Shown piece after piece: positions 8,880-16,546 of a stretch of 64,000 nucleotides of DNA (position 1 is the stretch's first letter; every line of letters starts with the position of its first letter). The DNA is from an uncultured bacterium. GTDB taxonomy: Bacteria; Chlamydiota; Chlamydiia; Chlamydiales; Rhabdochlamydiaceae. The position numbers and the translations under genes are program-made. The notes beneath the pieces are model-generated. The model was not told where the DNA came from. It saw only the letters and a program-made list of their open reading frames with translations, and did not search any database. The DNA is taken from positions 32,293-96,292 of the forward strand of contig CAYGSB010000007.1 in assembly GCA_964352505.1 (NCBI GenBank), in the 5' to 3' direction.

Positions 8880-9827
8880 TTACAGAGGCGTTTTGTTCTT
8901 TTCCTTCGGGATTTCTTGGACGTAGGATGGGATTGCGTATCCAGGAAGAAAAGCTCTAAGACGTTCAATCAATTCCTTCCCTTTTTCCGTTGACACCTCA
9001 AAATGGGCGCTGCCCGCCACTCGATCGAGTTGGTGGAGGTAGTAGGGGATGATTCCATTTTGCGAGGAGAGTTCAAAGAGGGCTTGCAAGGTAGAAAGGT
9101 CGTCATTGACTCCTTTCAAGAGAACTGTTTGAAGAAGGGTAGGGATCCCGAGTTTTTGGATTGTTTTGAGTGAAGAAAATACATCGGCGTCAAATTCGGT
9201 AGGATGATTGGCGTGCAGGACAAAAACGATCTGTTTTGTCGAGGAGGCGAGGATAGAAAGGAAACTCTCGTCGATTCGCTCAGGAATTCCGATGGGAAAT
9301 CGGGTGTGAAAGCGGATGACTTTGATGTGCTCAATTGCAGAAAGAGATTTGAGGAGTGATGAGAGAACTCGGTCGCTAAGGGAAAGGGGATCTCCTCCAC
9401 TCAGAATGATTTCCGCAATGGTGGGATCTTTTTGAATGAGGGCAATTTCTTCTTCAAAAGCGCTTTTTTCTGCGTAATCAAAGTTTTGGCGGAAGCAGAA
9501 CCGGCAATGCATAGCACACGCCGATGTTGTAAGAATCAGCGCTCTACCTTGGTATTTTTGAAGGAGCTTATCTGTCTTGCAAAAGCTTGCATCTTGAACC
9601 GGATCAGAAGAAAAGTTTGGGAGTTTCTCGTTTTCCTCGGGAAGGGGAACAAACTGCCGAAAAAGGGGGTCGGAAAGAGAGTTTTTTTCAATTTTTTTTG
9701 CAAGGCGCAAGGGAAGGTTTAGGGCAAACCGGGGGGAGGAGGAAAGCTGCTCAGGGTCAACTTCCAGAAATGCGGCGAGCTTCTCTAAGCTCCTAAAGTT
9801 TGTTTTTTGAATTTCTCTCCAATGCAT
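8880..9827 (-). CDS. epmB: KamA-family radical SAM aminomutase (EF-P beta-lysylation protein EpmB / YjeK-like)
   Basis: CxxxCxxC cluster motif CAMHCRFCFRQ, SGGDPL, and 315 aa, typical of the lysine 2,3-aminomutase family. Confidence 0.8.
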   Translation of the reverse strand: MHWREIQKTNFRSLEKLAAFLEVDPEQLSSSPRFALNLPLRLAKKIEKNSLSDPLFRQFVPLPEENEKLPNFSSDPVQDASFCKTDKLLQKYQGRALILTTSACAMHCRFCFRQNFDYAEKSAFEEEIALIQKDPTIAEIILSGGDPLSLSDRVLSSLLKSLSAIEHIKVIRFHTRFPIGIPERIDESFLSILASSTKQIVFVLHANHPTEFDADVFSSLKTIQKLGIPTLLQTVLLKGVNDDLSTLQALFELSSQNGIIPYYLHQLDRVAGSAHFEVSTEKGKELIERLRAFLPGYAIPSYVQEIPKEKNKTPL

Positions 9828-9861
9828 GGGGATAGAAGAGTACCAGAAAATGGGTTACAAT

Positions 9862-11214
9862 TCAACGGAGGAGAGGGACCGATCGCTCTACGGCGGCCCC
9901 CAGGCTTTGGAGCTTCTCTGTGAGGGTCTCATAGCCCCTGTCTAGGTAGTGGAGGCCAGAGATGGTGCTTTCGTCCTGTGCAATCAATGCTGCAAGAACA
10001 TAAGCAAAGCCTGCTCGCAGATCTGGAACAGTGATCTCCTTTCCAAAAAGGGGAGTTGGTCCTTTGACAATAGCGCTGTGATGAAAATTACACTGGGCAA
10101 AACGACAGGGCTTGCCTCCGAGACAGTGGGTGAAGAGCTCGATATCTGCCCCCATCTCTTTTAAGGTATGAGCATAGCCAAAGCGATTCTCGTAGATTGT
10201 TTCGTGAATGATAGAGCTCCCTTCAGCTTGGGTCATCAAAACAAGGAAGGGTTGTTGCCAGTCGGTTAAAAAGCCGGGGTGTACATCAGTTTCAATATGA
10301 AGGCCTCCCTTTAATGGCCCCTGAGCAAAAAATTCGATTCCGTTATGCTTTACATCGAATCCGGCTCCGAGCTTTCTAAGCTTGTTGAGAAAAGCGATCA
10401 TGTGAAGGTGCTCCGCACCTTCGACGAAAACGCGACCACCCGTCGCAATTGCAGCCATCCCAAAAGAGGCCGCTTCAATCCGATCAGAAATGACTGTATG
10501 CTCAACTTCATAAAACTCTGTCGTCCCCTCGATCCGAATTGTCCGATCGACATCGACAGAAATCACAGCTCCAAGCTTCTGCAAGAAGAGGATCAGATCA
10601 ATGATCTCAGGCTCCATTGCCGCATTGTGAATAATTGTCGCTCCTTTTGCGCGAACTGCGCCGAGGATGCTATTTTCAGTAGCGCCAACGGATGGAAAAG
10701 GGAGGGTAATTACTGCCCCTTTGAGTCCATTGGGATTTTGTGCAAAGTAGACCCGATCGCTGTGCATTTCACGGTACTCGATGACTGCACCAAGAGACTG
10801 GAGGGCTTCGATGTGAAAGTCAATAGGCCGCGGACCAATTTTACATCCCCCAGCAATCGGCACAATGACGGGCTGATCGGTGCGGCCAAGAAGAGAGCCG
10901 ATGAAGAGAATAGGAATACGATTCGCCCCGGAAAAGCGTTGTGGGATTACCGTTGTTTTGAGGTGTTTGGTCTGTATTTCGATCGTTCGATTTTCTTTGT
11001 CCCAAGAAATATCACTCCCAATTTCTAAGCACAGATCGACTGTGATTTCGACTTCGCGAATATTGGGAACATTGTAAAAGATCGATTTTTTTGTCGATAG
11101 GAGAGATGCGACAAGAAGTTTCGTGATTGCGTTTTTTGCCCCCGCAGCACGTACAGTGCCTTCGAGTGGAATTCCACCGGTTATCTTTAGTTGCTCCTCT
11201 GCCATGAAACTCAT
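9862..11214 (-). CDS. murA: UDP-N-acetylglucosamine 1-carboxyvinyltransferase
   Basis: 450 aa and full-length MurA-like (GAKNA ... GGCKIGPRPIDFHI). The start overlaps the upstream stop as TAATG; an alternative ATG lies at 11205. Confidence 0.95.
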   Translation of the reverse strand: MSFMAEEQLKITGGIPLEGTVRAAGAKNAITKLLVASLLSTKKSIFYNVPNIREVEITVDLCLEIGSDISWDKENRTIEIQTKHLKTTVIPQRFSGANRIPILFIGSLLGRTDQPVIVPIAGGCKIGPRPIDFHIEALQSLGAVIEYREMHSDRVYFAQNPNGLKGAVITLPFPSVGATENSILGAVRAKGATIIHNAAMEPEIIDLILFLQKLGAVISVDVDRTIRIEGTTEFYEVEHTVISDRIEAASFGMAAIATGGRVFVEGAEHLHMIAFLNKLRKLGAGFDVKHNGIEFFAQGPLKGGLHIETDVHPGFLTDWQQPFLVLMTQAEGSSIIHETIYENRFGYAHTLKEMGADIELFTHCLGGKPCRFAQCNFHHSAIVKGPTPLFGKEITVPDLRAGFAYVLAALIAQDESTISGLHYLDRGYETLTEKLQSLGAAVERSVPLLR

Positions 11215-12170
11215 TATTTAACAGTAATGATTACCTGTCTAGAGAAAGATCTCCCAGCGAGAGATTGTGGCAAAGGAGTTGGTTCTTTTGAGGGAACATA
11301 AGAGAGCTTAACCTCTTTTTCGGGGTGGAATTTTTGCTGAACCATCAGAGTAATTAGCCCCATTGTTTTTCGTGCGTTGATTTCTACAATTGGTTGCAAC
11401 TGATCACCATTATAAACCATCGCATCGATACCAACCTCTCCGTAGAAACCCATATTGGCCATCTCCTGGAGGACTTCCATGGCTACCGCTTTTTGTTGTT
11501 CTACATAAGTAGGGACTTCCATCCCTGCGATGTTTGCTTCGTGGACCCCTTTTGTCGATGTTTTACAAATTGTAGCGCCAATAAATGCAATTTCTCCGCT
11601 ATTTGAAATGACCCACTGTGTGCTGAAGTCGAGATCTCGTTTTACCCAGGGTTCGCAAATAACAGGGAGTCCGAGTTTCCATTGCTTTTGGCAGAAGAGC
11701 AGTGTTTTTGCCCCATCTGAAAAGACTAGGCCCCTCCCTGCCATCCCAAAACAACTCTTCAATACGCAATTTGGCAAAATTTGATCCCCCTCATAGAGAA
11801 GTTTAGCTCCGGGGAGAGGACTTCTCGCAAAACTAAATGCTTTAGAATTGACCATTTTTACCACCTCCCAAGGGGGCATCCGATAGGGGATGTTTCGTTC
11901 TTCGGCCCACTTTTGAATCAGCTGGGAATAGCCCCAGCTTTGGATGTTTTGGATGGGGGGATGATCTTCCACCAAAAAAAGAGGGTGTGATCCTTGTAGG
12001 TCGGGGTGCTTTGAAACGAGGATAGAATCATTCGGGCTTGCATAGACAAGAGGGAGGAATTGGAGCTGCTCGCAAATAGGGTTGATCGCAAGAGCAGCTT
12101 CGAGTGTTTCCGGGGTCTCATTTGCAAGTTCCCACTCGAAAAACGTATTGCAGATGTGAAGAATTGACAT
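11214..12170 (-). CDS. ATP-grasp family ligase, divergent and of unknown substrate
   Basis: 318 aa from the ATG at 12170. The 420-aa track ORF is an over-extension that would overlap ddl on the other strand. ATP-grasp landmarks occur in Ddl-like order: VLKSCFGMAGRGLVF, VICEPWV and GEVGIDAMV...IVEINARKT. Confidence 0.7.
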   Translation of the reverse strand: MSILHICNTFFEWELANETPETLEAALAINPICEQLQFLPLVYASPNDSILVSKHPDLQGSHPLFLVEDHPPIQNIQSWGYSQLIQKWAEERNIPYRMPPWEVVKMVNSKAFSFARSPLPGAKLLYEGDQILPNCVLKSCFGMAGRGLVFSDGAKTLLFCQKQWKLGLPVICEPWVKRDLDFSTQWVISNSGEIAFIGATICKTSTKGVHEANIAGMEVPTYVEQQKAVAMEVLQEMANMGFYGEVGIDAMVYNGDQLQPIVEINARKTMGLITLMVQQKFHPEKEVKLSYVPSKEPTPLPQSLAGRSFSRQVIITVK

Positions 12171-12201
12171 AGTATTGTCCCTTTTGTCATTATCATCACC
12201 A

Positions 12202-13290
12202 ATGAAGAAAAAAATCAATGTAGCTCTTCTTTTCGGGGGAAAATCATTTGAACATGAAGTTTCTCTCCTCTCTGCGCGGAGTGTATTGCACGTCATTGAT
12301 CGGGAAAAATACGAGCTCACATTGATCGGAATCGACAAAGAGGGAGTTTGGCATTTTCTCGAAGAAGGGAAACATTTCGTCCATGAGAATAATCCTGAAG
12401 AAATTGGACTTGGTCTGAGTAGGGGGCTTGTTGAAGTCTCCTCTTTGAAAGATTTTGTTGATGTGGTTTTCCCCATTCTTCATGGCCCTAATGGTGAAGA
12501 TGGGACTGTCCAGGGTGTCCTAAAGGTTTTTGGTGTTCCCTATGTTGGAGCCGATATTTTAGGATCTGCCATTGGGATGGATAAGGATGTCTCTAAACGG
12601 CTTCTCAAAGAAGCGGGGATTCCAGTAGCCAAATTTTTGACAATCCATCATCACGAAAAAAATTTATGGCCCGTTGAGAAAGTGGGAGAGAAACTCCCTT
12701 TCCCCCTTTTTGTAAAGCCGGCGAATGCGGGGTCATCAGTTGGGATCAGCAAGGTGAAAAACCCCTCCCAATTCGAAAAAGCTGTCGAAATTGCCTTTCG
12801 TTATGATCGCAAAATCGTTGTTGAGCAGGGGATCAAAGGGACGGAGATACAGTGTTCTGTCATGGGCAATGAAAAGCCCCTTGTTTCTCTCCCCTGTCAG
12901 ATTATCCCAAAGGGAGAGTTTCACTCCTACTCATCTAAATACCTCGATGTCCAAGGAGCCGAGTTTTTTATTCCTGCGAAAATCAGCCAAGAAGAGACAA
13001 CAAGAGCCCAAGAGCTTTCTTTGGCCACCTACAAAACCCTTTGTTGTGAGGGGCTTGCTCGGGTAGACCTCCTTCGATCAGAAGAAGGGGAACTGTTTGT
13101 CAGTGAAATCAACACAATCCCCGGACTTACCGAGATTAGTCCCTACACAAAAATGTGGAAAGCAAGTGGAGTGAGCTATCTTGCTTTGATAGATCGACTC
13201 ATCGAGTATGCGTTAGCTAGACACTCGCGAGACAACGCTCTTAGTAGAGACATTGAACAGCATGAAAAAAGGGCGGTCTCCCATGTCTAG
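12202..13290 (+). CDS. ddl: D-alanine--D-alanine ligase (stand-alone)
   Basis: MKKKINVALLFGGKSFEHEVSLLSA ... VSEINTIPGLT. I prefer the ATG at 12202 over the TTG at 12175 by comparison with DdlB N-termini. Confidence 0.9.
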   Translation: MKKKINVALLFGGKSFEHEVSLLSARSVLHVIDREKYELTLIGIDKEGVWHFLEEGKHFVHENNPEEIGLGLSRGLVEVSSLKDFVDVVFPILHGPNGEDGTVQGVLKVFGVPYVGADILGSAIGMDKDVSKRLLKEAGIPVAKFLTIHHHEKNLWPVEKVGEKLPFPLFVKPANAGSSVGISKVKNPSQFEKAVEIAFRYDRKIVVEQGIKGTEIQCSVMGNEKPLVSLPCQIIPKGEFHSYSSKYLDVQGAEFFIPAKISQEETTRAQELSLATYKTLCCEGLARVDLLRSEEGELFVSEINTIPGLTEISPYTKMWKASGVSYLALIDRLIEYALARHSRDNALSRDIEQHEKRAVSHV

Positions 13291-13768
13291 AACTCGAGTT
13301 GGTGTTGGTCAAGATAGCCACCGCTTTTTGGGAGAAGACTCCTCTAAATTATTCGTAATGGGCGGTGTGATTTTCGAAAACACACCAGGTCTTTCTGGAG
13401 ATACCGATGCAGATGTGGTTTTTCATGCGATCTGCAAAGCGATCGCCTCGTTAACCCATATCTCGATCTTGAGTGGTATCGCCATTGAACTCCGAAAGAA
13501 AGATGGGATCACTGATAGTTCTATTTTTCTTAAAGAAGCACTTGCCACCCTTGGGCGTCAAAAGGTTGAGCATGTCGCTCTAACGATTGAAGGGAAGCGG
13601 CCTAGAATCCAGGGAAAAATTGATGAAATTCGGAGCAGTGTTGCTAAAGCAATGAATATCGAAGTGGATCAAGTAGGATTAACGGCTACTTCTGGGGATG
13701 GACTAACTGATTTTAGCTGCGGTGATGGCCTTCAATGCTTCTGCATCTTAACTACGGTAGAAGATTAA
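13283..13768 (+). CDS. ispF: 2-C-methyl-D-erythritol 2,4-cyclodiphosphate synthase
   Basis: VGVGQDSHRF ... DADVVFHA ... ITATSGDGL. The ATG at 13283 overlaps the end of ddl by 8 nt. The track ORF starts at a TTG at 13253. Confidence 0.85.
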   Translation: MSRTRVGVGQDSHRFLGEDSSKLFVMGGVIFENTPGLSGDTDADVVFHAICKAIASLTHISILSGIAIELRKKDGITDSSIFLKEALATLGRQKVEHVALTIEGKRPRIQGKIDEIRSSVAKAMNIEVDQVGLTATSGDGLTDFSCGDGLQCFCILTTVED

Positions 13769-14883
13769 TAAACGTCCAGTAGATAGCGGCCCGTTTTCTT
13801 CAATAATTTCAGGTGATCTTTTGCTTCTGCTAGGCTGATCTTTTTCTTATCTGAAAGGATTTTTCGGAGGATCTCATCGACATCTCTTGCCATTTGCTTC
13901 GCATCTCCGCAGACATATAAATGGGCTCCGTTTTCTAGCCATTCATAGAGCTCATCAGCACACTCTTCGATTTTGTGTTGGACATAGATTTTATCTAGTT
14001 GATCTCGTGAAAAAGCGGTATGCAGCCGTAGGTCTTTGTGCTCCTTCCATTCTTCTTCATAGAAAAAATCGCTCCTTGCATTCCGCTCACCGAAGAAAAG
14101 CCAGTTCCTCCCTTCTGCCCCGAAGTATTTACGTTCTTGCATAAAAGCTCGAAAAGGGGCAACACCAGTCCCAGGACCTACCATAATGATATCCTTCGAA
14201 TGGTCGGTTGGAAGACGGAAATGATTCGCTGGTTGAACGTAAAGGGGGATGGGGGTCTTGTCTACTTCAGCTAAATGGCAGAGAAAATGGCTTGCTACTC
14301 CATACCGCTTCTCATCTCCTTGCATCCAAGTAAAGAGAGCAACGGTCAAGTCAAGGGTATCCCTTTGGGTTTTTAGGGACGAAGCGACAGAATAAAAACG
14401 GGGTAGCATCGGTCCGAACTGATCACAAAGGGTTTGGAGGGGAAGTTTAGCATTTGCGTAATCACGCAAGAGGAAAAGAGGGTCATTTTCAGCCAAAAAG
14501 GTTCGCATCTTCTCTTTGTCTGATAAGACAGACTCAATTGTAGAGCAGGGGGACGTCTCGTGGATAAGTTTGAGGAAAGATGAGGTAATCCGCGAAAGAT
14601 TAGCGTGAAAAGAGAGAAACTCTTCTAGGGTCATTAGATCGCCTGTCTTCTTTGCGATGACAAGATCAGAAGGACTAGCCCCCATTGCATTGATTAGATG
14701 GTTAACGAGCTCGGGGTCATTTTGGGCATAAATCCCAACTGAATCGCCCGGGTGAAAATCAATGTCCGCCCCTTGAAGATCCAAGGTCACGTGCCACGTC
14801 TGTTTAGATGATCCCTCTTTAGATAGGGGATACCGGTCTTTTACGGTAACAGTGGCTAGATCATTGCGTGGAATTTTGCTCAT
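13765..14883 (-). CDS. FNR-like FAD/NADPH oxidoreductase (the CysJ / diflavin-reductase C-terminal half without an FMN domain)
   Basis: RFYSVASS (RxYS FAD motif), GPGTGVAPFRAF (NADPH motif) and YVCGD near a C-terminus ending ...LDVY. Confidence 0.8.
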   Translation of the reverse strand: MSKIPRNDLATVTVKDRYPLSKEGSSKQTWHVTLDLQGADIDFHPGDSVGIYAQNDPELVNHLINAMGASPSDLVIAKKTGDLMTLEEFLSFHANLSRITSSFLKLIHETSPCSTIESVLSDKEKMRTFLAENDPLFLLRDYANAKLPLQTLCDQFGPMLPRFYSVASSLKTQRDTLDLTVALFTWMQGDEKRYGVASHFLCHLAEVDKTPIPLYVQPANHFRLPTDHSKDIIMVGPGTGVAPFRAFMQERKYFGAEGRNWLFFGERNARSDFFYEEEWKEHKDLRLHTAFSRDQLDKIYVQHKIEECADELYEWLENGAHLYVCGDAKQMARDVDEILRKILSDKKKISLAEAKDHLKLLKKTGRYLLDVY

Positions 14884-14902
14884 AGTGTATTAATAGAAAG
14901 AT

Positions 14903-15019
14903 ATGAAATGGCTACTTTTGATCATCCCTTTATGTTTTTTTGGTTGTACCAATTACGGCTCCCACTCCCACTATATCATCTCTCAAGATGAAGTGGAGCT
15001 GCAGCAACCTGTTCGCTAA
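14903..15019 (+). CDS. Candidate 38-aa lipoprotein (small ORF below the track threshold)
   Basis: My translation is [38 protein letters not shown]. It shows n-region, h-region and a Cys in a lipobox-like FFGC. It fills the otherwise empty 132-bp gap, and its stop overlaps the gltX stop on the opposite strand. Confidence 0.35.
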   Translation: MKWLLLIIPLCFFGCTNYGSHSHYIISQDEVELQQPVR

Positions 15020-16512
15020 ATTTCTTCACAGTTTGCGGCTTTCCAGCCTTTAACGAGGAGAGCCATTTTTTTATTGGAGATTCCCCCGAGAAAATCGATC
15101 GCTTGAAGAATACGGGCTCTTGTCCGCTCTTTCCCTAGGATCTCGACTGAATCGAAGAGAGGAGGACCTTGTAATTTACCTGTAAGAGTTGTGTAGAGGA
15201 TAGGCATAATCACTTTTTTGTGATGGACTGAAAACACCTCAGCACATCGCCTGGTTGCAGCCTCAAATCCATCTCGCTTCCAGTTTTCGCCCTCATCCAT
15301 GCTCCAAATCATTCCCTGAAGAATAAATGCTACCTTCTCTCCACTAACCCCCTTTGGACAGAGGTTTTCCTCTGAAAGAGGGATGTGATGGATGAAAAAG
15401 AAGCCACAAAGCTCGATGAACTCGGCAAATGTTTTAATCCGCGTATGACAAAGGGGCATGAGTTTTTGCATAAACGGGTCATTGAATCCCCACTCTTTGA
15501 TCCGTCCCCAGAGCTGGTCTTCTGGGATGTTATTGATTAGATATTGCTGATTGATCCAATCGAGTTTTTGTACATCGAAGAAGGCACCTGAGACTCCAAT
15601 TCGCTTAGGATCAAAAGTTTTGATGAAATGATCAAGGGTATAAATCTCTTCGTCGTTGAGCATACTGTAGCCCATCAAAGAGAGAAAATTCATAAATGCT
15701 TCTGGGAGATAGCCGCTATCTCGATAGTAAAAAATCGAGGTAGGACTCTTTCTCTTGGAGAGTTTTTTGCCATCTTTACCGAGCAAAAGGGGCATATGCA
15801 TAAAGACGGGCGGCTGCCAGCCAAACGCTTGGTAGAGCATCACGTGCTTGGGTGTTGAAGTCAGCCATTCATCTCCTCGAATAACGTGGGTGATTTTCAT
15901 TAGATAATCATCGACGACATTTGCTAAGTGATAGGTAGGAAACCCATCTGACTTTAACAGCACTTGGTCATCAACATCAGCCCAAGGGACAACAATTCTT
16001 CCCTTAATTCCATCTTCGTAAACGCACTCCCCGGTGAGGGGAACTTTCAATCGGACTGTGTAGGGCTGCCCTGCGTCTTCGCGCTCTTTAATCTCTTCAG
16101 CGCTTAAATTCCGGTATCTCCGGTCATAGCCAATCCGTTTTCCCATTTTCTTTGCTACTTCTCGCATCTCGTCGAGCTCTTCTGCTGTAGCAAAGCACTT
16201 GTATGCCGTATCACGATCGAGCAATTTTTGGCAGTACTCTTGATAAATTTTGGTCCGTTCTGACTGGCGGTAGGGGCCAAAATCGCCTCCCACATCTGGA
16301 CCTTCATCCCACTGAAGACCAGTCCATTTCAGGGTGTCAAAAATACTTTGTTCATATTCGGGACGGGACCGGGACTGATCGGTATCTTCAATACGGAGAA
16401 TGAACTGACCGCCGAAGTGACGGGCAAATACGAGATTGAAAAGGGCCATATAGGCAGTCCCTACATGGGGATCACCTGTTGGTGAGGGAGCTATACGTGT
16501 GCGGATCGTCAT
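15016..16512 (-). CDS. gltX: Glutamate--tRNA ligase
   Basis: HIGH-type motif PHVGTA and KMSKS-type motif KLSKR; 498 aa. Confidence 0.95.
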   Translation of the reverse strand: MTIRTRIAPSPTGDPHVGTAYMALFNLVFARHFGGQFILRIEDTDQSRSRPEYEQSIFDTLKWTGLQWDEGPDVGGDFGPYRQSERTKIYQEYCQKLLDRDTAYKCFATAEELDEMREVAKKMGKRIGYDRRYRNLSAEEIKEREDAGQPYTVRLKVPLTGECVYEDGIKGRIVVPWADVDDQVLLKSDGFPTYHLANVVDDYLMKITHVIRGDEWLTSTPKHVMLYQAFGWQPPVFMHMPLLLGKDGKKLSKRKSPTSIFYYRDSGYLPEAFMNFLSLMGYSMLNDEEIYTLDHFIKTFDPKRIGVSGAFFDVQKLDWINQQYLINNIPEDQLWGRIKEWGFNDPFMQKLMPLCHTRIKTFAEFIELCGFFFIHHIPLSEENLCPKGVSGEKVAFILQGMIWSMDEGENWKRDGFEAATRRCAEVFSVHHKKVIMPILYTTLTGKLQGPPLFDSVEILGKERTRARILQAIDFLGGISNKKMALLVKGWKAANCEEI

Positions 16513-16546
16513 AAGGATGCAAGTATACGCTGAAAGGGCCTTTCAC

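Noticed and set aside
10345-11028. 227-aa plus-strand ORF inside murA
   Set aside because: It is antisense to murA, has no recognisable domains and has an odd composition. Shadow ORF.
12171-12476. N-terminal 102 codons of the 420-aa track ORF (11214..12476, minus strand)
   Set aside because: This part is Ser/Thr/Pro/Arg-rich and compositionally odd, and it is antisense to the well-supported N-terminus of ddl. The ATP-grasp homology begins only after the internal ATG at 12170, so I treat the extension as an ORF-finder artefact.
13283-13768. IspF lacks the second Zn-ligand His (GDTDADVVFHA instead of HSDGDV), considered as possible inactivation
   Set aside because: As far as I recall, C. trachomatis IspF also has a non-His residue in this position. 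This is therefore probably a clade-typical variant rather than a local anomaly.
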